Assembly (NCBI GenBank): GCA_937907055.1 | Contig: CALCTW010000122.1 | Coordinates: forward strand, 1-13,784 | Reading direction: 5' to 3' | Source of the DNA: an uncultured Clostridia bacterium | GTDB taxonomy: Bacteria > Bacillota > Clostridia > Christensenellales > Aristaeellaceae | DNA: 13,784 bases | Part shown: one piece after another, positions 1 to 7,279 of the stretch | Position numbering within the stretch: position 1 is the stretch's first letter | How the letters are laid out: each line of letters begins with the position of its first letter | Notes under the pieces: generated by a model | What the model was told of the DNA's origin: nothing | The model's database searches: none | Seen by the model: the letters and a program-made list of their open reading frames with translations, nothing else | Made by a program: the position numbers and the translations under genes

Positions 1-1
1 C

Positions 2-1738
2 TATCGCCTCATGTGCAAGATGTTCTATGACCGCGACAAGACAAAGTTCAAGTATCTGTTGCTCTTTGGCGAGGGCTCGTATGACAACCGCGGTCTGTCG
101 AGCGTGAAGCCCAACCGCATCCTCACCTACGAGAGCGAAAACAGCACCAGCGAGACAAACTCTTATACAAGCGACGACTTCTTTGCTTGTCTCGAAGACA
201 ATGCGTCAAAGACTCCCACTGCCTGCAAGTTGAGCATTGCGGTAGGTCGTTTTCCATCGGCCAACCCCGCCGAGGCAAAGAGCGATGTTGACAAGCTCAT
301 CAAGTATGTGCTCTCACCCGATTATGGCCCCTGGCGCAACAACGCATTGCTATCGGCCGAGTGTAAGACCGAGACCTATGCCGACATGCATCAAGCTCAA
401 GCCGAGGGCATTGCAAAACTGATGGAAAACACCTTGGAAACAGGCTTTGCCATTGACAAGGCATATGTGTCAATGTTCCCCAAGGCAGTTAACGAGACAG
501 CCATAGTGAATATGGACGACCGCTCATCGTTTGAGGGCAACCGTCACTACACCGAGGCCCTGAAACGCGGTCAGTACTTTGCCTCTTACATAGGCCATGC
601 AGGATATAAGAACTTCACCGGCAGCCGCCTGTGGACCACACCGCATGTAACATCGGTTACCTATCCCCACCTGCCCATCTTCACAACCGCATGCTGCGAT
701 GTGGCACGATTTGACAGCGACCAGCGTGGCATTGCCGAGCACATGTTCCATGTGCCCAACGGTGGCGCAATCGCCCTGCTCACAGCAACCCGCGAGGTGT
801 TTGCCGACAGCAACCACAAACTGAACAAGAGTTGGACAACCCAAATGTTCACATGGGACCGCCCCGACGGCCTTCCCCGTCTGGGTGATGTATACCTGAC
901 AGCAAAGAAGAACCTCACATCATCGGCTCTCAACCACTTCAAGTATGTACTCTTTGGCGATCCTGCAATGAAGCTCGCCTACCCCGTACCTCTGTTCAAG
1001 ATCACTCAAGTCAACGGCGTGGACAACGATGGAGAAACGCAAGCCACAACACAACCTCTAGGTGAGGTAAAAGTGACCGCTCAAGTGACCAAGAAAGACG
1101 GTAGCCTCGACACCGACTTCAATGGTGACGCAACACTCACAATCTATGACCAGAAGCGCTTCTTCAAGAATGCAAACGATGTACAATTCCCATCTGACGT
1201 TATAGATATTTACTACCCCGAGGAGATTCTCACTCAGGTTCAAGGTCGTGTAGTTAACGGCATCTTCAACGGCACAGCCATCATGCCCCGCTACTGCCGC
1301 GCAGCAGGCGAGACAGGCAGCATTCGCATCTTCGCCCACCAGGATGGCACCGACAAGATGGTCAACGGCGTGTATCGCAACCTGCTCATCAACAAGTTTA
1401 CAACCGCGGGGGCTGTTACCGACGACAACGCTCCCGTAATCGAGAGCATGTACCTTAACGAGGAACAGTCATTCAACGACGGAGCAGTGGTTCCCACCAA
1501 CTCTACACTGTACATCAAGGCAAGCGACGATGTGGCCCTCAACAACCAGACGGTGTCTATGGGCAACAACATGCGTCTCGTGCTCGACGGAGGCAAGACA
1601 TCATACTATCTGGTCAACAACTTTGCAACCGTGGACAATGGTGGCAAGGACATGGAGATAGCCTTCCCGCTTAGCGACTTGAGCGAGGGACAGCACACAC
1701 TGTCCTATACCGTTCACGACATGGCAGGCAATGCTGCA
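2..1738 (+). CDS. Peptidase C25 family / type IX secretion sortase PorU-like protein, internal fragment (5' end runs off the window, 3' end cut at the 1721-1745 junction, no stop codon)
   Basis: The frame is open from nt 2 (YRL precedes the first Met at 11). The translation shows the gingipain/PorU layout: YLLLFGEGSYDNR, SYTSDDFFACLED, IAVGRFP, GPWRNN, His in YIGHAGY, Cys in FTTACCDVARFD, GGAIALLTATREV, VLFGDPAMKLAYP. Beta-sandwich-like sequence follows, ending QHTLSYTVHDMAGNAA. Past ~1740 the same frame becomes Gly/Ala/Asp/His-rich text that is simply the antisense of the DegV gene. Confidence 0.8.
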
Positions 1739-1745
1739 GGAGAGC
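1721..1745. other. Breakpoint between two unrelated, convergent, stop-less gene fragments (PorU-like vs DegV-like); probable chimeric or artificial join
   Basis: The + frame reads ...TVHDMAGNAA up to 1738. The - frame reads ...YHPLSCSIACH down to 1721. The 18 nt atggcaggcaatgctgca (1721-1738) make sense in both genes (MAGNAA / CSIACH). Neither gene has a stop codon or terminator, and there is no intergenic DNA. Confidence 0.7.
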
Positions 1746-2539
1746 GGATGATAGGTGACCTTGAAATCCGGGAAGGCCTTCTGCACGCGTTCGGTCCAGC
1801 GCGCGGCGTCCTCGGGATTGGGGAAGGTGCCGGCGGTGCTGACCTGCAGTTTCTCCTTCGGGATATCCTTGAACTGCTTTTCCATATCGGCTTCCGCGAG
1901 ACGGATCAGAGTCTTCTGCATATGGATCTCACCGCGGACCACGCACTGGGCGTCCAACTTGCCGCCGCGGATATTCAGCACGGGGTGCAGATTCAGCGCG
2001 GAAGCCAAAGAAGCGCCGGCGGCAGTTACACGGCTGCTCTTTTTCAGGAATTTCAGGGTATCAACGCAGATATAGATGCTGGCGATGCCGCTGTCACGCT
2101 CCAGAATGTCCTTGATCTCCTGTCCGCCTTTTCCTTCTTTGGCCATCTCCAGCGCGTTATAGACGCTCTTATACTGGCTGATGGAAATGCGGCGGTTGTT
2201 CACGACGAAGACTTTGCCTTCGTAATCTGTCGCCAGCTGCGCGGCGGTTTCGCAGGAATTGCTGAGACCGCTGCTCATGGGGATGTAGACCACCTCATCC
2301 GCGCCGTCAGCCAGCGCTTTTTCCCAAAGGTCGGTCACATCGGCAGGGGAAGGCTGAGAAGTGGTCACGTTCTTCCCGCTTTCCAGCGCGTCGTACAGAT
2401 CGTTGTGCGTGATATCGATGCCCTCGGTATAACAGTTGTTATCCACAATGACGGGCATGGGCAGAACATAGATGCCGTTTTCCAGACCTTCCTGAACGGA
2501 GATGCCGCTGTTTGTGTCGGTGATGATGGCAGTTTTCAT
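1721..2539 (-). CDS. DegV family (fatty-acid-binding) protein, C-terminally truncated at the junction (273 aa recognisable)
   Basis: ATG at 2539 is preceded by aagagg (ctgcaaaagaggtattgtATG). Translation: MKTAIITDTNSGIS..., TSQPSP, VVYIPMSSGLSNS, IYICVDTLKFLKKSSRV, LNLHPVLNI, ending HPLSCSIACH. A DegV protein would normally continue here with a (V)GPG-type motif and ~10-20 more residues. Instead the frame continues as antisense PorU sequence (VVNGIGQCVLSL...). Confidence 0.85.
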
Positions 2540-2613
2540 ACAATACCTCTTTTGCAGAATGATCATCATGATGGAATGGTTCGCGTTTCGCACGGAGGCG
2601 GAGCGCGAGTGGC

Positions 2614-2622
2614 AATATAACA
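2614..2622 (-). promoter_or_regulatory. Candidate extended -10 element (TGTTATATT) for the DegV-family gene
   Basis: The minus strand reads gtgTGtTATATTgcc about 75 nt upstream of ATG 2539. No convincing -35 was found. Confidence 0.3.
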
Positions 2623-2775
2623 CACAAATCTAAACTGAAACGAAACTGAGTTCACGGAACAGCGATCATTGACGGCATTTTGAGGCCTTTATCTGTGAAA
2701 AACAAGAGAAAGTGACCGATGAGAGAATAGATGATAAGAAAAAACGCGGATACGATGGAGGCGCGGCAAAGGGCA

Positions 2776-2806
2776 AATAAAAAGCAGCGAAGCGTTTTTG
2801 CTTCGC
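2776..2806 (-). terminator. Rho-independent terminator after the DUF4298-like gene
   Basis: Stem gcgaagc (2787-2793) pairs with gcttcgc (2800-2806) around a 6-nt loop. On the minus strand it is followed by TGCTTTTTATTT. It lies 16 nt after the stop at 2822. Confidence 0.75.
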
Positions 2807-2821
2807 CGCGGAATGATATTT

Positions 2822-3160
2822 TCAGGGTTGGCGGATGATCGACCGCGCGGCCTTCTCCGTGTCTTTCTTCAGGGCTTTCATCTGTGAGCACAGGCGGAGG
2901 GTATCGCTGAGCAGATCATAGACGCCGTCCTGTGAAAGAACGCCGCGCTTTAATTCATGGGGGATCCTGCCTTCCTCGTCGTCAGCATAATCCTGCTGCC
3001 AGAGCGGAGAGGCATAGTATTCGCTCAGTTTTTTCAGGGCGGGCAGGGCATTCTGAAACGCGTCCATGGCAGACTCGAGATCTTCGGCCGCGTGTAAGCA
3101 TTGATCAAAACACGATTCCATTTCTTTGATACGATTGATCTGTTCGTTATCCTGTTCCAT
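2822..3160 (-). CDS. DUF4298-like small cytoplasmic protein (112 aa)
   Basis: RBS aggaaagga precedes ATG 3160. MEQDNEQINRIKEMESCFD...LKKLSEYYASPLWQQDYADDEEGRIPHELKRGVLSQDGVYDLLSD matches my memory of the DUF4298 pattern (EYY..W..D...DE.G.LP..LKRGVLSED.VY.LL). It has its own promoter-like element and terminator. Confidence 0.7.
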   Translation of the reverse strand: MEQDNEQINRIKEMESCFDQCLHAAEDLESAMDAFQNALPALKKLSEYYASPLWQQDYADDEEGRIPHELKRGVLSQDGVYDLLSDTLRLCSQMKALKKDTEKAARSIIRQP

Positions 3161-3219
3161 AGGGGATTCCTTTCCTGAACCATCCCGATTCGGGGAGGCG
3201 TGATATCACGATACGCTTT

Positions 3220-3248
3220 ATTATAGCACAGACAGGGATTTATGAAAA
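3220..3248 (-). promoter_or_regulatory. Sigma-A-type promoter candidate for the DUF4298-like gene (TTTTCA-17 nt-TATAAT with TGC extended -10)
   Basis: The minus strand reads TTTTCA (3248-3243), a 17-nt spacer ending in TGC, then TATAAT (3225-3220), about 60 nt upstream of ATG 3160. Confidence 0.5.
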
Positions 3249-3320
3249 AGCAGCGGAACGAAAAACGGGGATGATTTATTTTTTCATGGAGAAAGAAGCT
3301 GTGCCGGGCGTTCTGATATG

Positions 3321-3360
3321 AAAAAATCGTCTCTGCGGCGCGAATACGTGCAGAGACGAT
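3321..3360 (-). terminator. Rho-independent terminator ending the five-gene partner-switching operon
   Basis: An 11-bp perfect stem, atcgtctctgc (3326-3336) with gcagagacgat (3350-3360), encloses a 13-nt loop. A run of six T follows on the minus strand (A run 3321-3326). It starts 30 nt after the kinase stop at 3390. Confidence 0.85.
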
Positions 3361-3389
3361 ATACTTATTGCCGGGAACGAAACGCTGTC

Positions 3390-3800
3390 TCAGCCTAATT
3401 TACGGCCGATCGTGACGATGTTCTTTCCGTCCTTCCGTTCATAGGTGAACAGATCCATACTTTTTTTGACCATGTAAATGCCAAGGCCGCCGATATCGCG
3501 TTCCTCCGCGGACAGGGTCACATCCGGATCTTCCTTTTCAAGGGGATTGAAGGGCTTGCCCCAGTCGTTCAGGATCAGGAGGATCATGCTGTCCTCATCG
3601 CGGTAATCCAGCTGGATCAGCGCTTCACCGGTCGCGGGCGCGTAGGCGTAGGAGGCAATATTGACATACAGTTCTTCCAGCGCCACCAGCAGCTGCATGG
3701 TGATCTTCGGAGGACATTCGAGATTCTCAAGTTCTTCTTCCAGAAAGGCGTTGACTTGATCCAAACTGTCACGGGTGGCAGTCAACCGCAATTCTTTCAT
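3390..3800 (-). CDS. Anti-sigma-factor-type serine protein kinase (RsbW/SpoIIAB-like, HATPase_c_2), 136 aa
   Basis: The size and motifs fit the family: N-box ALEELYVNIASYAY, G1-like ILNDWGKPFNP, G2 DIGGLGIYMVKKSMD. Its ATG (3800-3798) overlaps the upstream stop as ATGA, indicating translational coupling. Confidence 0.85.
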   Translation of the reverse strand: MKELRLTATRDSLDQVNAFLEEELENLECPPKITMQLLVALEELYVNIASYAYAPATGEALIQLDYRDEDSMILLILNDWGKPFNPLEKEDPDVTLSAEERDIGGLGIYMVKKSMDLFTYERKDGKNIVTIGRKLG

Positions 3801-5497
3801 TGCTTTTTCCCCTCCTTGCCGTAGTAGTCGAAGCCGAGCATGGTGATATCATCGAACTGCGGCGCGGTGCCGACAAAGCGGTTGACATCCTCGTGCACCT
3901 TCTGCAGCAGTACAGACAGCTTTTCGCCCTTGTTGCGGTTCAGGGCATCCAGCATACGGGCGGTGCCGTACAGTTCATTACGGTCGTTGGTGGCCTCCGG
4001 TACACCGTCGGTGTAGACGAACAGGGTGTCGCCGGGGAAGAGTTCAAACTCGTGCTGACGGAAGGGGATGCCCTCCATGGCCGCGACAGCGGGGGAATGA
4101 CGGTATTTGATGAGTTCAAAGTCACCGCCCGCGCGGCGAATGACGGGATCCTCGTGGCCGGCGTTGGCTGCCACGCCCTTGCCGGTGGAAAGGGTGAGGA
4201 TGCCGATCCAGACTGTGACGAACAGCTGCGCGTGATTGCCCTCACAGAGCATATTGTTCGCGTCGGCCAGGATCTCCGAGGGGGAACCGCCGGCCTGCGC
4301 GCGCCGCTTGATCAGGGTCTTGGCGATGGCCATGAACAGCGCGGCGGGAACGCCCTTGCCGGAAACATCCGCCATGACCATGGCCATATGATCGTCATCG
4401 ATCAGGAAGAAATCATAGAAGTCACCGCCCACTTCCTTGGCAGGCGTCATGCTGGCGTAAATGTCGAACTCGTGACGATCAGGGAAGGCCGGGAAAACAC
4501 TGGGCAGCATATCCGCCTGGATCTGGGTGGCAACGTGCAGCTCCGCGCCCACGCGCTCCTTTTCAGCGGTGATATCGGTGATATTTTTGATGTAGTCGTT
4601 GATCTCCTTCTCCATCTTCGTCATGGAGTCATACAGGGTGCCGATCTCATCCTGACGGTTGATGTTGACCGACGAGAAGATATTCTGCTGAGACTGATCA
4701 CGGTCGGATACGAAGTTGCCGGCTGTTTCGGAGATCAGCTTGATGGGACGCACCATCAGGCGGTTGAAGATGAAAAGGATGACGGGCATCAGCACCAGCG
4801 TCAGTACCAGCACCAGCAGACCGATATTGATCAGGAACTGATAGTCCTTTTCCTTCTCGGCGTTCATGGAGATATCCGCGTAGGCGTGCGCCACGATATT
4901 GCCCTCGGAGTCGTGGATGAGGGAGGTGGCGGTACAGAGCCAGCCGTACTCGGGGTAGGTGGTAATGAAGGCCGGGATATCATAATCGCCCCTGCGGATC
5001 TTTTCCAGATTTTCTTCTTCGATGTATTCGATCCAGCCGATGGGCGTGGAATCATCGATGGAACCGTCCATCAGGTAGATGACGGTGCCGTTTTCCACAT
5101 CCCACAGGTTGATGTACAGATAAAGCACATCATTGGCGCGGAGCAGATCCTGCAGACGGGCGACCATGTCGGCGTAGCCGGGCATGTCATATACTTCGCT
5201 GTACAGCGCCAGATAGGCTTCCTGCTCCTCTTCGGTCATGGCTTCCATGTCCGGAACAGCGCCGTGCTCTTCGGCATAGGCCTCATAGATCGCGCGAACG
5301 CGTTTTCCGTAGAGATCCAGCTGATCCCCGTCCACCATCAGCGCTTCGGTCTTGGTCAGGTTGACGGTCGTGGTCTTGTACTGATCATTGGTGGTCGATT
5401 CGTGAACGGCGTAACTGACCACAACGGAGATCGCGGACAGGGTGAGGGAAAACAACAGGATCAGCGCGAACATTTTCGCGCGAAGCGATTTTTTCAT
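3797..5497 (-). CDS. Membrane sensor phosphatase: TM / extracytoplasmic Cache-like domain / TM / HAMP / PP2C (SpoIIE/RsbU-type), 566 aa
   Basis: RBS agaggagga precedes ATG 5497. N-terminal TM is AKMFALILLFSLTLSAISVVVSY and the second TM is LINIGLLVLVLTLVLMPVILFIF. HAMP-like region: RLMVRPIKLISETAGNF...QDEIGTLYDSMTKM. PP2C motifs: EVGGDFYDFF, MVMADVSGKGVPAALFMA, NAGHEDP, LFVYTDGVPEA, FDDITMLGF. Confidence 0.9.
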   Translation of the reverse strand: MKKSLRAKMFALILLFSLTLSAISVVVSYAVHESTTNDQYKTTTVNLTKTEALMVDGDQLDLYGKRVRAIYEAYAEEHGAVPDMEAMTEEEQEAYLALYSEVYDMPGYADMVARLQDLLRANDVLYLYINLWDVENGTVIYLMDGSIDDSTPIGWIEYIEEENLEKIRRGDYDIPAFITTYPEYGWLCTATSLIHDSEGNIVAHAYADISMNAEKEKDYQFLINIGLLVLVLTLVLMPVILFIFNRLMVRPIKLISETAGNFVSDRDQSQQNIFSSVNINRQDEIGTLYDSMTKMEKEINDYIKNITDITAEKERVGAELHVATQIQADMLPSVFPAFPDRHEFDIYASMTPAKEVGGDFYDFFLIDDDHMAMVMADVSGKGVPAALFMAIAKTLIKRRAQAGGSPSEILADANNMLCEGNHAQLFVTVWIGILTLSTGKGVAANAGHEDPVIRRAGGDFELIKYRHSPAVAAMEGIPFRQHEFELFPGDTLFVYTDGVPEATNDRNELYGTARMLDALNRNKGEKLSVLLQKVHEDVNRFVGTAPQFDDITMLGFDYYGKEGKKQ

Positions 5498-5515
5498 TAG
5501 GGGAGATCCTCCTCT

Positions 5516-7279
5516 TTAAATGCGAATGACCAGAGAATTGAAGCCTTGATACTGACGATAGAAGAAGGATTTCACCTTCTTGCGGATCATCTGGATGCCG
5601 ATCGCGGAAATGTCCATCTCCTCATCGGCATCTGTCATCCGCTTCTCCTCCAGAGAGAAGGGATTGAACTGGACCGCGTTGTCGCGGATGTGGAATTCGA
5701 ATTCGCCGTCCTCCTGCGCGATCAGCGTCAGCTGGATATTGCCGTCCCTGGTGTGGGGGAAGCCCTCGCGCACGATGGCGGAGCAGACCTCCTCGGCCAC
5801 CAGATTGACCACCATCTGCTGCTTCATGCTGGAATCCCACTTTTCGCAGAAGGCTTCGATCTCTTCAAGCAGTACGGGCAATTCGTTCAGATCGCTGCGG
5901 ATGACGCCGCGGCAGATGCGTTCCTCTTCAGGCTCCGCCTGTCTGAAGCGCTTGCGTGCCAGGCAGATGACGGCATAGAGCAGAAGACTGACCCACTCCG
6001 TGACGGGGAAGAACCACCAGATGACGGTGCTTCCTCCGAAGGAGAAGAGCAGGATCATGGGGAACAGGATGACGCCCTTGCGGAGAAGAGTGAGCAGAGC
6101 CGCGCGTTTTTCATTGCCGCGGGCCTGTTCGTAGCCTTCCAGCACGATGGAGACGGCGCTGAAGAGCGCGCCCGAGCAATAGATGCGAAGGGCCTGAGAG
6201 CCCAGAAGAAGGCTTTCCTCCGCGTTGACGCCGAACAGCATGCAGATCCAGTCCGGCTTGACGGCGATGAGCAGGATCAGGGCGGAAACGGCGAAGAAGG
6301 TCAGGTACAGACCGGTCTGCAGCGCGCGCTGCATGCCGTTTTTGTTCTTTTCACCAAAGAGGGTGCTGACGATGGGCTGGATGGCGTTGACCGTGCCCTC
6401 GCTCAGATAGGCGACGACATAGGAGGTGTTCTGCAGCACATCGAAAACAGCCACGCCGTTTTCACCGGCCATGCCCAGCAGCAGACGATTGACCAGCATG
6501 AAGAAGAAAAACTGGCCGATATACTGCATGGAGGTGGAAAAGCCGGTGCGGAAGCAGCGAAAAACATCCTTGAAGCTGACTTTGGGCGCCCGGATCCGGA
6601 GCGCGGTCTGCTTTTTACCGAGGATACCCGGCAGATAGAGCAGGATGGTGAGGAACTGTCCGCTGAGGGTGGAGAGCGCGGCGCCGCTGACACCCATATC
6701 CAGCACCAGCACCAGCAGCACATTCAGGCTGATATCCGCGATATTGCCCGCGACGAACGCGGCGGTCGCCAGCTTTTCCCTGCCATCGGCAACGAGATAG
6801 TAATTGAGGATATAATCCAGTACAAAGAAGGGGATGGAGAGCATGATCAGACGGGCATAGGTGAGCGCCCAGTCGTAGATCTGGATCTCATCGGGGGAAT
6901 TTCGGTTCGCGCCCAGCAGGAAAACGACCTGCGGGCTGAGGATGAGCAGCAGCAGCGCGATTCCGGCCGCAAGCATGGCACCGCCCCAGAGAAGATTGTT
7001 GAAATTCTTCCGGGCTTCATCGGGCTTGCCTTCCGCCATTAATTTGGAGAAACGGATGGAGCCGCCCGTGCCGAGGCCGTAGATCAGCACATTGATGATC
7101 ATATACAGGGGCAGGCAGATGCTGACCGCGGTCAGGCCTTTTTCGCCCAGCCGCTGGCCGATCACCAGCGCGTCCGCGATATCACCGATCGAAAGACCGA
7201 TCGCGGAGAGCATGGCAGGGACCCAGAGCCGCCGAACCATTTTGCCGGAAAAGGGGTCTTTGATCTTTTTATCCTTCAT
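5516..7279 (-). CDS. MATE/MOP-family membrane transporter fused to a C-terminal degenerate RsbW-like HATPase domain (587 aa from ATG 7279)
   Basis: N-terminus: MKDKKIKDPFSGKMVRRLWVPAMLSAIGLSIGDIADALVIGQRLGEKGLTAVSICLPLYMI...GLGTGGSIRFSKLMAEGKPDEARKNF, a typical MATE start followed by ~12 hydrophobic segments. The last ~130 aa (nt 5519-5914) are soluble and align by eye with the 136-aa kinase (see findings). I prefer start 7279 over 7303 because of the weak ggacggcgg RBS and the typical MATE N-terminus. Confidence 0.8.
   Translation of the reverse strand: MKDKKIKDPFSGKMVRRLWVPAMLSAIGLSIGDIADALVIGQRLGEKGLTAVSICLPLYMIINVLIYGLGTGGSIRFSKLMAEGKPDEARKNFNNLLWGGAMLAAGIALLLLILSPQVVFLLGANRNSPDEIQIYDWALTYARLIMLSIPFFVLDYILNYYLVADGREKLATAAFVAGNIADISLNVLLVLVLDMGVSGAALSTLSGQFLTILLYLPGILGKKQTALRIRAPKVSFKDVFRCFRTGFSTSMQYIGQFFFFMLVNRLLLGMAGENGVAVFDVLQNTSYVVAYLSEGTVNAIQPIVSTLFGEKNKNGMQRALQTGLYLTFFAVSALILLIAVKPDWICMLFGVNAEESLLLGSQALRIYCSGALFSAVSIVLEGYEQARGNEKRAALLTLLRKGVILFPMILLFSFGGSTVIWWFFPVTEWVSLLLYAVICLARKRFRQAEPEEERICRGVIRSDLNELPVLLEEIEAFCEKWDSSMKQQMVVNLVAEEVCSAIVREGFPHTRDGNIQLTLIAQEDGEFEFHIRDNAVQFNPFSLEEKRMTDADEEMDISAIGIQMIRKKVKSFFYRQYQGFNSLVIRI

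Noticed and set aside
11-2620. An 869-aa + strand ORF that looks like one very large protein
   Set aside because: Only the first ~579 codons are PorU/C25-like. After ~1740 the translation (GERMIGDLEIREGLLHAFGPARGVLGIGEGAGG...) is low-complexity antisense of the well-supported DegV gene on the minus strand. The ORF is an artefact of the junction.
2652-2891. A 79-aa minus-strand ORF in the DegV / DUF4298 spacer
   Set aside because: It overlaps the 3' end of the DUF4298 gene and reads straight through that gene's terminator hairpin (2787-2806). It has no RBS and no recognisable sequence.
3800-5500. A 566-aa + strand ORF exactly mirroring the phosphatase gene
   Set aside because: It is a shadow ORF. 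The product is Gly/Asp/His/Val/Arg-rich with no motifs, while the opposite strand has unambiguous HAMP and PP2C motifs and an RBS.
5546-7042. A 498-aa + strand ORF opposite the MATE fusion gene (also 7092..7937 +, 281 aa)
   Set aside because: These are antisense shadow ORFs typical of GC-rich coding DNA. They have a low-complexity acidic/Gly-rich translation, no RBS, and the opposite strand encodes recognisable proteins.
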